In this document: piece after piece, positions 36,960 to 51,300 of the stretch | Position numbering within the stretch: position 1 is the first letter of the stretch | How the letters are laid out: the number at the start of each line of letters is the position of its first letter | Assembly: GCF_964355755.1 (NCBI RefSeq) | Contig: NC_092675.1 | Location: forward strand, 19,688,912-19,752,911 | DNA length: 64,000 nt | Reading direction: 5' to 3' | Source: Antedon mediterranea | Lineage: Eukaryota; Animalia; Echinodermata | Notes under the pieces: generated by a model | Told to the model about the DNA's origin: nothing | The model's input: only the letters and a program-made list of their open reading frames with translations | Database searches by the model: none | Program-made: the position numbers and the translations under genes

Positions 36960-39900
36960 CTAGAACTTAAACTCGTCACTTGAGGACGAGTTTGGTTATC
37001 CGCCAGCAACAAAGCGTATCTTGCGTATTCAAGTACTTCCAAGTTATGACTTTTCCAAAAAAAGTAGGCTATTCAAAATTAAAACTGCCCTCTCAGTGTA
37101 ATAACCAACTAAACCCTTTTAATTAATTGTTTTCCCGTGACGGGACTCGAACCCGGTACCTCTGATACCAAAGTCGGTTGCATTACACATCGAGCCATAT
37201 GACCACCTGCTGACGAAAATCCGAAGAAAGAGTCCTCGTTCATTCGGTATGTCGTGAACCCCCTCGATGCAAGTTGATTATTACATATCAAACTTAAATC
37301 ATAAATTTTACTATGATGAAATCTTCAAAAATTTTAAACGCTGATATTTTATGAAAGTACATACTTTCAAGTTTTATATATTAACATGTAAAGAAAAAAG
37401 ATAAATGTTATGTTTATTGTTTTGCTCTTTGAATAAGTTTATGTTTGTTTGATGATAAATATTTCAAAAATTATATTTAATATGCAAATAATGTAGCCAT
37501 CAAACACGTTTTAGCATTCAACACTATAATAAATCAGACCTATGATTCATACACTGCAAGAAATTAAAATAAAAAATGGGGGTAACCTTGCATTCTGATG
37601 AACTGTTTCATTTTTAAAAGTAGACATATTTTGGAACATTTTCACAATTTGTTGACGTTTTCGTGCGCAACCTGTCATGTTTAACGTGCTCGTAGAACGC
37701 CATTTCAAGTTGAAAAGTGAATAAAATAACGTAAAATTGTTAACCGAAGATTTAAAAACACAAATCGTGTAAAAGAAATGCTCATACCTGTTCCCTGCGC
37801 CGTGCGCGCGTAAAAATGTGCGCACCAGTGGCAATTTTTTAAACGCTTAAAATGACCTGAATCGTGCTCTAATTTAATCAGAAATTGATTTGAAGCATTT
37901 TAAAATTTCAAACGCCATTTACGCGCGCACTTTCTAATGTTACAAATTGCGATAGCGTTAAAAAAGTTAACTATTGATGTGAAGCAAACGTGGCTGAAAA
38001 TGACGTTAAAAAATATTCATTTGTTTCGAAGTTATAACCAATTTAAGATTTTCAGAAAATCACGCGTAACTTACGCTACGCGGCTCTGACATCGTCAAAA
38101 AGCTTGGCTGGACAACTTCAGTAAAATGTCTATATGTTGAACAAGTTAAAAAATGTTATGTTAACGCGTTACAGAGAAACAGCGTGCACAAATTAGGAGC
38201 ATTTTAAAATTTCAAACGCAGTTTACGCGCAGACTTTCTAGTGTTCAAAAATTTGCTGAAGAGCGAAAAAGTTAGCCATTGATGTGAAGAAAACGTGGCT
38301 GAAAATTTCGTTAAAAAATATTTATCGGTTTCGAAGTTATGACCGATTTAAGATTTTCAGAAAATCGCGCGTAACTTACGCTACGCGGATCTGACATTGT
38401 CAAAAAGCTTCGCAGTACATCTTCAGTTAATTGTCTATATGTTGACCAAGTTACAAAATGTTATGTTAACACGTTCAAGAGAAAACGCGTACACAAAATC
38501 TGAGAAAGAAAGAAGAATAACTAGATCTGAACTCGTCACTTGAGGACGAGTTTGGTTATCCGCCCGCAACAAAACGTATCTTGTGCATTCAAGTACTTTT
38601 CAGTTTTGACTTTTCCAAAAAGTAGCCTATTCAAAATTAAAACTGCCCTATCGGTGTAATAACCAAACAAATCCTTTTATTTAATTGTTTCTCCGTGATG
38701 AGATTTGAACCCGGTACCTCTGATACCAAAGTCGGTTGCACTACACATCGAGCCATATGAGCACCTGCTGAAGAAAATCCGAAGAAAGAGTCCTCGTTCA
38801 TTCGGTATGTCGTGAATCCCCTCGATGCAAGTTGATTATTACATATCAAACTTAAATCATAAATTTTACTATGATGAAATCTTCACAAATTTTAAACAGT
38901 GACATATTAGCAAAGTGCATACTTTCAAGTTTTATATATCAACATGTAAAAAAAAAGATAAACGTTATGTTTATTGTTTTGCTCTTTTAATATGTTATTG
39001 TTTGTTTGATGATAAAAATTTCGAAAATTATATTTAATATGCAAATAATGTAGCCATCAAACACGTTTTAACATTCAACACTATAATAAATCAGATCTAC
39101 AATTCATAGACTGTAATAAAATAAAATAAAAAATGGGGGTAACCTTGCATTCTGATGAACTGTATCACTTTTAAAAGTAGACATATTTTGCAACATTTTC
39201 ACAATTTGTTGACGTTTTCGTGCGCAACCAGTCATGTTTAACGTGCTCGTAGAACGCCATTTCAAGTTGAAAAGTGAATAAAATTACGTAAAATTGTTAA
39301 CCTAAGTTTGAAAAACACAATTTATGTAAAAGAAAAGCCCATACGCGTTCCCTGCGCCGTGCGCGCGTAAAAATGTGCGCACCAGTGGCAATTTTTAAAC
39401 CCTTAAAATGACCTGAAACGTGCTCTAATTTAATCAGAATTTGATTTGAAGCATTTTAAAATTTCAAACGCCGTTTACGCACGCACTTTCTAATGTTACA
39501 AAATTCGGGAGGGATAAAAAAGTTAACAATTAATGTAAAGCAAACGTGGCTGAAAATTACGTTAAAAAATATTTATCTGTTTCAAAGTTATGATCAATTT
39601 AAGATTTTCAGAAAATCGCGCGTAACTTACGATACGCGCATCATACAGCGTCCAAAAGCTTGGCTGCACATCTTCAGTTAAATGTCTATATGTTGACCAA
39701 GTTACAACATGTTATGTTCACGCGTTGCAGAGAAACAGCGTGTACAAATTTGGAGCAATTTAAAATTTCAAACGCAATTTACGCGCAAACTTTCTAGTCT
39801 CCAAAAATGTGCTAAAGATTGAAAAAGTTAGCAATTGATGTGAAGAAAACGTGGCTGCAAGTTACGTTAAAAAATATTTATCGGTTTCTGAGTTATGATC

Positions 39901-42900
39901 AATTTAAGATTTTCAGAAAATTGCGCGTAACTTACGCTACGCGGATCTGACAGCGTCCAAAAGCTTGGCTGCACATCTTCAGTTAAATTTCTACATGTTT
40001 ACCAAGTTATAACATGTTATGTTAACACGTTGCAGAGAAACGTCGCGTACAAAAAGTGGCGGAAAGAAAGAAGAATAACTAGATTTGAACTCGTCACTTT
40101 GACGAGTTCGGGTTATCCGCGCAAAGGCAACATGCACATACTTTAAACTATATGAACTTCGACAAATATTATGCCATCCTATGACATGAATTAAACATGT
40201 TTACAGTGCTGAATTGTACCTATTATGTAGCATACAGCATGTTATAGAATACACTGTTATATGTTATATACAGTGTAGTATATACGAAATTACGAGACCA
40301 TCTTTTAAATCCAATTGTTAACACGATGATGTCATCAAATTGACATATAAAGATAACTATTTTAGAAGATAATTATCTAAATAATTACATTAATACAAAT
40401 TTGAAGAATGTTGGGCACGTAAAAGTGACATGCGCTCTCGTTTAAACGCAATGAACTTTTACGCAAAGGATAAAAATACGACTTTTTTTATTCAACTGGC
40501 CATATGATGACGTCACAGGATCTGGTTGGCAAAATATTTACATGAATTCGTATCTACAATTCAATGACTTCCAGAAAACGTTTAAATCATGAATATCACT
40601 TTTTATTCTGACGAGATATAACAGATTAAAATTCACTGTAAAGATGAAAATAAGTGACCCACGTTGTTTAGATTTTTAGACATGATGACGTCATAAGAAT
40701 TAAAATATTTTAACTCCTGCGAAAGATAGTTGATTGACGTAGACAATATTAAAATCTCTGGGGAAATGGAATACGTATAAGTGAGATGCGCTCTGTTGAA
40801 TGTGATGAGCAATAACGAAAGAGACAAAAATCCTATATTTTATATTTTAGTGGCCATGCGATGACGTCACAATGTCCGCTTAGCCATATCGATGCATGAT
40901 TTGATATCTAAAACTCATCTACTTCCAGAATCTGAAATTTTGAAAATGTTAACCACGGAGTTTAGAATCTATGACTTTTTAAAGAAAGGCATAATTTTCA
41001 CGAATTTTTGAACTTTTTCATCAAAAACGTGCGTAAATTGTTCAATTCTACGTGCTCGTATGACGTGATTTTAAGTCGAAATTGATTGAAAATTGGTATA
41101 TTTACTATAAAAGGCTGAAAAAACAAAAATCAAGCATAACAAAGATGTTTTTGCGCCACGTGCGTACGCGCGCGTAAAAAAATTGCGCACGCGTGGGAAT
41201 TTTTGAAATGCTCAAAATGACATGAAACGCGTAGAAAGTTGATTAGAAGTTGATTTTTCGCATTTTGAAATTTTAAACGCGCGTGCGCGCGTAACTTTTT
41301 GCGCAATCTGCCATTTTTAATCCATAGAAATTTTGCACATGATATGACTTAAATTTTCACCAAGTTTCAATACAAAATGACTTTTGGTTTTTAATCTATG
41401 ATCAATCATTGAAATTCATAAAATCGCACGTAACTTACGCTGCGCAACTCCGATATCGTCGAAAAGCTTGGCTGCAAATCTACAGCTATAGGTGAATCTT
41501 ATGACAAATTTATACAATCTTATGTTGGCCAGAATTAGAGATACCCTGCGAACAAAATTCGTGGAAAGAAAGAAGAACTAGACATGAAACTCGTCACTAT
41601 GACGAGTTAGTTATCCGCTCGACAAACGCCATGTGCACGTCATACGTTAGAATATTGCACACAGAAAAATATTAAGGCACTATGACCTGAACTGAAGAAT
41701 ATGATATGTTGTTATTTCTGAATTCTGTTATTTTGTGTCATATACATAGTATACACAGTACAATCTGTATACATATCACAAACAGTGTAAAATAGGTGAA
41801 ATTACGGGACCCGTATTTTATTGTAATTTTTAACATCTTGACGGTTTCAAAATGAAATGCAAAAGTAGAAATTTCAGAATGAAATTATCTCAGCAACAAC
41901 ATATTAACGTGTAGAAGAAATTTGAATACGTGAAATATTGATGCGCGCTCTTTTAAATGTAATGAAATATAACGCAAAAGATGAAAATACGACTTTTTGT
42001 ATTTAACTGGCCATATGATGACGTCACAACATTCGATTGGAGCAATTTTCACATGATTTTGTATCTACAATACAATAGCTTCCTGAAAACGTTTTAATCG
42101 TGATTATCACATTTTATTCTTACGAGCTATAACAGATTAAAATTTACTGTAAAGATGAAATTAATGACCAACGTAATTTAAATTTTTAGGCATGATGACG
42201 TTGAAAAAATTAAAAAAATTTTTAATTCATGCAAAAGATAGTTGATTGACCTAGAATATATTAAAATCGGGGTGAAAATGGACAACGAATAAGTGGAGAT
42301 GCGCTCTATTAAATGTGATGAACTATGACGAAAGAGACAAAAATCCTATATTTTATATTTGCGTGGCCATACGATGACGTTACAATGTCCGGTTAGCCAT
42401 ATTAATGCATGATTCGATATCTACAACTCATCAACTTCCAGAATATGTAATTTAAAAAAAGTTCTCCATGTAGTTTAGAATCTATGACTGTTTAAAAATA
42501 GGCATAATTTTGACGAATTTTTGAACTTTTTCACCAGAAACGCGTGCAAATTATTTAATTCGACGTGCTCGTATGACGTAATTTTAAGTCGAAATTGTTT
42601 AAAAGTTGGTAACATTACTATAAAAGGCTGAAAAAACATAAATCACGCGAAAAAAATATGTTTTTAACGCTACGTGTGCACCGCGTGCGTAAAAAGTTTC
42701 GCGCGCGTGGGAATTTTTGACATGCTCAAAATGACATGAAACGCATAGAAAGTTGATTAGAAGTTGATTTTTCGCACTCTAAAATTTTAAACGCGCGTGC
42801 GCGCGTAACTTCTTGTGAAAGATGCTATTTTTAATCCATAGAAAGTTTGCGCTTGATGTAACTTAAATTTTCACAAAGTGTCAAAACAAAGTTATGTTTG

Positions 42901-44467
42901 GTTTTTAGTCTATGATCAATCATTGAAATTCATAAAATCGCGCGTAAGTCACGTTGCGCAACTCTGACGTCATTAAAAAATAGGAGGTGCACAAGTTCAC
43001 GTAAATGTCGATATGTTGACAAAGTTACGATTTGTTCTGTTTACACGTTTCAGAGAAACGCGACGCACAAAAATGACAGAAGGAAAGAAGTATAATACAG
43101 AAAAAAAAAAAAAAAAAAAATATGATGAAACAGGACGATTACAAGGAGTTATCCGCTACTAAGCGGATAACTAATAAGATAGAAAAAAAAAAAGAAAAAA
43201 AAAAAGATCCTGACAATAACAAGGGGTTATCCGCCAAGTGCGGATAACCAACTAGATTTGAACTCGTCACTACGGACGAGTTAGGTTATCCGCAGCGCAA
43301 AGGCCACGCGCACGTCATACGTTAAAATATTGCGCGCAGAAAAACGATTAAGTCATTGAAACAATTTCAGTGTGCTCTCTATTTTTCGTCACGTGTGAGT
43401 ATATACGGTATACACTATATACTGTATACGTACTACATGCAGTGCAGAATAGGTGAAAATAAGTGACCAAAGTTATTGACGCTTTTGAACATGATGACGT
43501 CATCACAATTTTGAAAATGGTGAATCGTCCAAAAGATAATTGATAGAGCTAGACAACATAAAAAAATGGGGGAAAATGGAATACAAATAAGTGGAGATGC
43601 GCTATATTAAATGTGACGAGCTACGAGGAAAGAGACAAAAATCATTTATTTTATATTCGAGTGGTCATACGATGACGTCACAATGTCCGGTTAGCCATAT
43701 TGATGCATGATTTGATATCTGCAACTAATCTACTACCAGAATATGTAATTATAAAAAAGTTCACCACGTAGTTTAGAATCTATGACTGTTTAAAAAAAGG
43801 CATAATTTTGACAAATTTTTGAACTTTTTCATCAAAAATGCGCGTAAATTGTTTAATTCTACGTGCTCGTATGACGTGATTTTAAGTTGAAATTGTTTGA
43901 AAGTTGGTAAATTTTCTAAAAAAGACAGGAAAAACAAAAATCAAGCAAAAAAATGATGTTTTTGCGCTACGTGCGCACGTGCGCGTAAAAAAATTGCGCA
44001 CGCGTGGGAATTTTTGAAATGCTCAAAATGACATGAAACGCGTAGAAAGTTGATTAGATATTGATTTTTCGCAATTTGAAATTTTAAACGCGCGTGCGCG
44101 CGTAACTTTTTGTGAATCATGCCATTTTTAATCCATAGAAAGTTTGCGCATTATATGACTTAAAAGTTCACCAAGTTTCAATACAAAACGACTTTTAGTT
44201 TTTATTCTATGATCAATCATTGAAATTCACAAAATCGCGCGTAACTTACGCTGCGCAACTTCCAAATCGTCCAAAAGCTTGGCTGCACATCTACAGCTAC
44301 AGGTCAATCTTATGACAAAGTTATACAATGTTATATTTGCCAGAATTAGAGATATGCGACCAACAAAATTCGTGGAAAGAAAGAAGAACAAAGAAAAAGA
44401 AAAAGAAAAAAAAAAAAAAAAAAGATCCTGACAATAACAAGGGGTTATCCGCCAAGTGCGGATAACC
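36960..44467 (-). mobile_element. 7.5-kb composite of five Helentron-like non-autonomous elements (E1 36960, E2 38521, E3 40079-43249, E4 41578-43172 nested in E3, E5 43252-44467)
   Basis: Each left end on + reads CTAG..AACTCGTCAC-loop-GACGAGTT..GTTATCCGC (on -: 3' subTIR, hairpin, CTAG end). Right ends GTTATCCGC-n5-GCGGATAAC end at 43172, 43249 and 44467. The empty site TAAATATAA|TTATTGTGG is seen at ~52746 and ~61023. Confidence 0.85.
37133..37204 (-). pseudogene. tRNA-derived (tRNA-Pro-like) SINE head inside E1; second copy at ~38690-38762 in E2
   Basis: Minus strand GGTCATATGGCTCGATGTGTAATGCAACCGACTTTGGTATCAGAGGTACCGGGTTCGAGTCCCG: A-box-like TGGCTCGATGTG, B-box GGTTCGAGTCC, T-arm CGGG/CCCG; acceptor and anticodon stems pair poorly. 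Confidence 0.6.
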
Positions 44468-44502
44468 AATTATTGTGGAAACTCATTTCGGCATACATCT
44501 AG

Positions 44503-44745
44503 GGCCGTGTTTCCGCAGCCAGAAATTAATCGATAAAAATTAACCGATGAACTGGGGTTTAACCGATTCCACTCGAGAAAAATTAAGCGATAATCTATCA
44601 TGCAAATCGGATAATTATCGGATAAATGCGATACTTTTTAACCTTTGACCTGAGGACACATTTTTGTTTGGTAGTGACTGATCATGCGCACTTATTGGTA
44701 AACAATTTTATCGGATAATTTTGTTTTGGCTGCCGAAACACGGCC
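44503..44745. mobile_element. Harbinger-like MITE, 243 bp, TAG TSD; copies at ~52780-53022 and ~61057-61299
   Basis: TAG|GGCCGTGTTTCCGCAGCC...GGCTGCCGAAACACGGCC|TAG, with internal CGATAA/CGGATAA repeats. Confidence 0.8.
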
Positions 44746-45174
44746 TAGTGGACATTACGCGCCGAAATCTGGGGTTTGAAACCATCCAGATTCTCAAACC
44801 GTACGTAATAAGAATGGATAAATGCGAACAAACAGAGTTTGTATTCGTGAAACGACTGTACCATCTACGAATTGTAAAAGAGGTACCAAATTAATTAAAA
44901 CATACATTTACTAACGTTTACTAAGAACATAACATTTTATGAACAAAATATACTACTTTATTGTAGGCCTGTGTAAAAAAATGTCCCCACTCGTTAACCA
45001 CATAATTTCACTGGTACAGTAGTCATGGATATTTGCAAACATATTTTTTATAACTGTATTTATGTGTTGTGTAGTTATGGTTACTTGTAATAAGCGGTTT
45101 TAATAATTGCAACTTTTTTATTAACTACGAAAAACACATCAACGTTTATCATTTCGAAAGGCAAGACTGTAACA

Positions 45175-48100
45175 ATGCTGTTGCTTCTTGCTGTTGCCTT
45201 TGTTTATTTGATATCTGGCACGGACACTTGTAAGTTGTTTGTATATAATTAGAATAGATGGTAAATCATAAATTGTATGTTCCATTTTGTTAAACTTAGA
45301 AAAGGCCAGTTTTTTATTGCTTATTTAGCACCAACGTATTGGAATAATCTGGATACAACTACCGTGATTCGTTTAAATACTGTAAGCTCATTTAGAATGC
45401 ATATGAAAACCTTTTATTTCTCTAGCTATCAAACCAATGACTACTAAATATGTTGCGCATTGTACATTTTAATTCATTTTATGCATTTTATGTGTTGTGT
45501 TAACGGCACCGATATGTTCTCTTATCTGTGAGACAAGTTGTAATCTTGATCCCTAAAATGGTAAATTGTTGATTATTGTTAAAATATTGTTTGTAATGAA
45601 AAAAATGACCATTTTAAAATAAATGTTTATTGAAACTAAAACTATTGAAACTAAGTACCTTTTCATTTGTAACGTTTTCAATGTGCTTTGATTGTATAAA
45701 GTATACTTTTAGTATGATTACATTTAATGTGTATTAGGCCTACAACAGGATAGCCTTTCTGTTGGTTATAGGCCTACAATTTTGTAGCTAAGGATTATTA
45801 ATATTATGTAATTTTCAGCATACTTGTCCTACAAAGCACAGGCGACTTCAACATCAGTGGTTTATTGGGATTATGCAAGCTTTGCAACTGATGGAATAGA
45901 TTATACCAATTTCGACTGTTATCATTCTAGTAAGATACTCAGTTAGTGCTACTTATCAGCAATAGCTTACTTACTAAACCAATAGTTATAATAGGGAACG
46001 TTCGATTACCGACGACCTCCCTATTTCAAGTAAATCCTGGACATTTGCATAGAAACCATCATAACTGTCGAGGGATTGCGCACAGTAAAGTCAATAAAAC
46101 CAACTCATTACAATATTAGATACTCCGGACCCACATTATGATATAATCTACCTTCCTCCATTTTAGAATCCGCCTCCAAAAAGTATTTTTAAAACAAATG
46201 AACAATCATATCTTCTCTTATTATTAGCCTGTCATGTTCTGACCTGTACCTTTTCCATATTGTTTACTCATTTTTTTTTAAATGTATTTATTTTTTTAAG
46301 GCTCGCCGCCCATCTCAAGGTGTTTGTCTTCTTATTTCCGGGTATCTGCCTTCATTCTCTAACCTATTATCATTATATTATTTGCATTGTATTTTTCCTT
46401 TCTTTTTTTGTCAGAGTTTGTAAATAAATGTTATGAAACGAAAAGCTTGAAAATAAACAAGACGTACTTTGTTGGTTGTCGGTCGCAAATCGAAAGCTTC
46501 CTGTACAAACTACGTATACATGTGTTAGTTAAATTGTAAGCTGTAATAATTGCATATCCAAAAACTGTCTTTTTATTTAAATTTAACCTATTGTAATTAT
46601 AAACTCACAGGTTATCACTATCAACCATGGATGAAAGTGGATCTTTCACAGGAACACAAAGTCACGAGTGTGACGATCATCAATATGGTTGACCAAGGTA
46701 ACAGTACCACAATTATGTTTTGCACAAAATGTGTAGCCTATAATATAATATCAAAATCGCTAAATTTAGGTTTATATTTGGTGAGTTTTGATTTATAAAT
46801 AATTTATTTCACAAAGGACGTGTCTTTCATAAACGATTACAAGATGCTGAAGTACGAATTGGATCTGATTATTCTTACCCAAGCACATTGTGTGGATCCG
46901 TTACTGATGTCCAGACTAGCCCTATCATCGACATCATCTGTAAAGTTCCAATCATTGGTCGTTACGTAATGGTATGGTTTTCATCAAAAACGCAGTATTT
47001 GAACTTTTGTGAAATAAAAGTCTATGCGGAATATGAATATGTAACTGGTATGTCAGCCTAAAGTATCTTTCAAAACTTTATTTTAAATAGTATTAATGTT
47101 CAAAGTTACATAACAGTCTAACAAGCCACATTCTTATTGTATTCTAGTTACAGTAGGCCTATTGTAATTCAATTAAAGTTTTGAACCATGTAATAAACGC
47201 ATTTACAAAAGTCATCTTAATCATAATTGTGCCAGATATAAAATACAGGGTTCACATATTAACGATCTTCCATTACTTTCAGGTGATTTTCAGAGAATTC
47301 TGAATCCCATCACACTGTTTACTTTGAGTATGGCTTGTTTGTTGGAAAACTTCTACGGAAAGCTGCCAATACGACCATGTAACTATGGTAATAATGAGTG
47401 TGCAGGTGACACTTCAGAGTCGATTGAGGTTGCGACTTTAGACCCATACTCCAGCGGAATACAAACGTTGACAATCGCCTTCTATGTCTACCCGTACCAG
47501 AGTTCGATGGGCGATATTGTTGGATTATTCGAAAAAGGAACCAGTCTACGAATACAACAAACGTATTCAAATGGCAATCTATATCAATCTGAGGTAACTG
47601 TATTCTATGGAAATCAGGAACTGACTAGAGCTCATGTTCTATTGCCTGAAGTCTGGACATTTCTTACTCTGACTTTCGATGGAATCAATGAAAACGTCAA
47701 ACTCTGGAGGAATGGAGAGATTGCAAGTATTGGTTATACACAACGTACGCATTTAGATTTCTATTTCAATGAGACAACAATCAAAATTGGACATGATGGC
47801 TCCGAGGCACAAGCTAACGTGGCGATGTTTCAAATTTATGATAGAGTACTTGACGAATCCGAGATCAAAGCAGTACGAGATCGTTCTACTAATGGTAATA
47901 AATACAATACTTCTTAAATAATTAAATATCAATACCTCTCATATCTCCACTGATAGTTAACTGATAGCACTGTTTTTGTTGATGTAAATCAGTGCAAACT
48001 TGGGCTTTTGAGCTCTAAGCTCCGAGTGATATTGTCTCTCTTTGTAATAATTTTTTTATAATTTCTATATTAAATTTCAGGTCAAGACGGTCTTTACGAG

Positions 48101-48316
48101 ACCCTGTTAACATTAGCGGACTTTCAGGGCAAAATTCTACATACTGTATATTCTCGATCATTGGTTCATTGTGGTCAGATATGCAAATCAAAATGCTGTG
48201 ACGTGTTCAAGTTTACAATGGCTAATAACAGTTGCACCTTGTATTCAACTCAGCAACCTCACGAAACATTTGCAGTAATAAACGGCGAACATTACAGACA
48301 TGTTAACGTAATCTAA
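45175..48316 (+). CDS. Secreted FTLD + LamG-like + PAN lectin-like protein, copy 2, 443 aa
   Basis: Exons 45175-45229 (MLLLLAVAFVYLISGTDT signal peptide), 45819-45929, 46611-46697, 46817-47047, 47283-47894, 48081-48316; 1,332 nt, open. Confidence 0.88.
45290..45445 (+). mobile_element. Decayed CR1/L2-group LINE 3' fragments in intron 1 (and ~46070-46230 in intron 2) of copies 2-4
   Basis: Translations GQFFIAYLAPTYWNNL..SSFRMHMKTFYF and HYNIRYSGPTL*YNLPSSI resemble the CR1/L2-group ORF2 C-terminus (xxGPxxWNxLP..FKxxLK). Confidence 0.5.
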
Positions 48317-51300
48317 CAGATAATTGATTGAGTCATGTTTAAGAAAATATAATTGGAAAAGTAATGTTATTTTCTTGCATATAACATTGAATAGTATAAT
48401 ACTGTATTCATATTTATCTCATAGCTCATCAGCCTCCCATTGGCGCGCCATACCAAATTTAAACTAGAAAGCCACTCCGAGTCCTACTGTAACAATTCTC
48501 ATACATATATATATTTGTGTGTGTCTTAATGCTGTTTGTGATTTAGGCTAGTTTCACTACAAGCATGTGTATGCGAGTTTGGTGTTATTCATTTTGGTAA
48601 AGATCTTTTAATTACTTTTTGAGTAATCCTGCTAACAAACAAACAAACAGACAAATGAAAGCACTCAGAAACTGAGTGAAGTACTTGGCAAAATATATCC
48701 ACTGACTTGGAGCATGATACATTTTTTTGCTTTAGGTATCAGCTTTACATGGTTATGTTTTAAAATTACAAATCACAAATTATAACCCTTGCCTCTTGTC
48801 CAAAAATGAGGTTTTTGGAAAAGAGTAGTTCTCGAGAAAATGCAATTTCAGTTTACGTGTTGCTTTAAGATTTCTCACAGGCTTTTGAAAATGGTCTCCT
48901 ATCTTTTAACACTAGCCGGTCTGAAAATAATATCATTTGTGTTATTTGTGAAGTTATTAATACACCAATGTTGTTGATTTTCAATAAGCATGGTCTGAAA
49001 GTATATACCTATCTACACCTAAAAAATTAAGTAACGATAACTTGAAAACTGTATCGCTATCGTGCTAACAAACAAACATATATACAAACAAAGTAAATAC
49101 TATACTTGGCAAAATTTCTTTTTGCCAAGAAACAAACACACGCGATCGATTCATATACCTCCTTGGCGGAAGTAAATAATGTGTCTCAACCAACGAACAG
49201 TATCGCTTTGTCATCAGAAGGGCATCAGTTGATGTGGATGCAAAGAAAGTCTTGAATAAAAATAAAAAAAACACTACTTTTTATTGATAAACTAGCAGCT
49301 TAACTACAAAATGCTAATTGTTCACTTGGTAATGTTGTTAGCCGTTGTAAATGTATAGGCGTAATTAACAAGAACGTCCCTTTTCGGCATTCTATTATTG
49401 TTATTATTATTACTTGTATAGCGCACATTTATACAACATTTAATTATAATCAGCGGCGCTTCACATCAATTAGTATCGTAACATTGTTTGAAATATAGTG
49501 CTTTTAAATGTTTTTTAAACTGATTATAGTCGTCTAAGTGTTTAATGTGACTTGGTAATCTGTTCCAAATTTTGGGTCCTGCTACGACGAACGAACGGTC
49601 AGCAAATGTCTTTCGTTTAGTTCGTGGGATTGTCAGGTTATAATTGCTGGTGCTTAAATAGTGTTTCTGTGCATATGTAAATAAACCTGTTAAGACAGAA
49701 AACAGAAAATTATTGAGAGAGCGTATGAATATGTATAATATTTTCTAATCGATTGTTCTTTAAATAGAGATAGATGTATTTTTTCTATTCGCAAACATAG
49801 ACCTCTTTGAATAGAAGAACGATCTATTGATTCTCATTAAAATAATAATTATATTGAATTATATATAAACAAACCAATCGCAAGCGTCGCGTCCGTTTTG
49901 TAGAAACAACAATAATTTGGTAGAGTACATTAATTATGGGGTGTTCACTATCTAAGAGTCTATTAAACACGTGCGTCACCCATCGTGTAGCCAAAACATT
50001 TATTTATTTAAATCCCTAAATGTACAATCGCGTATTCTGTAATTTTACTCTGACTCTATTCAATTGTTGTTTGACGTTCAATATATTCACCAATTATCGT
50101 TCAACAAATTAAACAAGAAACTCAAATTGCGAAAATAAAAGATCGCGAAATAGTTAAAAATGTAAAATCGCGAAAATTTAGGGCCGCGAAAATGTTGGAC
50201 TTTACAATACTAAATTTATTAGTATTTTAAACCAGATTTACAGTAAATATATTCATTTATTTATATTAGTTTTCTTATTGTTTGCTTAACACAAGTAGAA
50301 AAATATAAATCAGGTTAATGATTTAAAAAACAAAACAAAAAAACTTACTTTTGAAAATAAAAGTATGTATGTATGTTGTCGTCGCGGATCGAAAGTTGTA
50401 TCCGATATTGTCGAACCGGTTGGTGGCGTGCTTTGGTATGTAAATCTAATTTACATACCATGAGTCGGTTGTTATGATTGCGGTATGTGCGCATCCGAAG
50501 AAGACATTTTATTTTCACGAAAGAAAGATATAAACAATTTGGCTGCTTTCGTTGTAAGTAGATTGTTAATTATAATGCTAAACTGTATTGAAACTATTCT
50601 ACCTTGTTCTGAACAATTTGACACTAAAAATAATTTCATATGTACAGTACAATATTTTCAAAGTTATGCGATTTTATGTAGTGCAAATTTCAAAGGTCAA
50701 TAATGTTAGAATCGGCCATTTTTTGCAAAAACATGCCATTAGACTAAATATAAATATGTAGTTTCTGAACAGTTTGAGCCATATTGTGTGTCTCTCAGAT
50801 TAGTGGTTGCTAAGATATGATAAATCAAGGTCAAAGGTCAATAATGTTAGAATCCGCCATTTTTTGCAAAAACATGCCATGCATTAGACTGGATATAAAA
50901 GTGTAGTTTCTGGACAATTTAAGCCCTAATTATCTCCGATTAGTGGTTGCTGAGATATGATAAATCAAGGTCAAAGGTCAATAATGTTAGAAATAGCACT
51001 TCCATTCATTTTTGGACAAACTTTTTCATTACAGTGAATATAAAAACATATATTCTAACGATTTTAACACCATAATTAAGTATCTGTGACTAGCGGTTTC
51101 CAAGATACATAGTACATTATTAAAAATGGCCGCCATTTTTAATTATGCAAATTAGGCTACTTTCCGTTGTCGAAAAATGTCCTAACGTTGATAAATGTGT
51201 TCAGTGAGGTCTAAAAAACATATTTCATCAAAAAAAAACTTTTCTTGCAATTTGTGTGAGTTAAAAGTCTAAATCCCATGGACTATTGGTGTTGTTGCAT

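Noticed and set aside
37133-37204. Functional tRNA gene
   Set aside because: Acceptor and anticodon stems do not pair properly and it lies within a repeat; treated as a tRNA-derived SINE head.
36960-44467. Autonomous Helitron or LTR element
   Set aside because: No Rep/helicase, gag/pol or other long ORF, and no TG..CA LTR pair or PBS/PPT arrangement.
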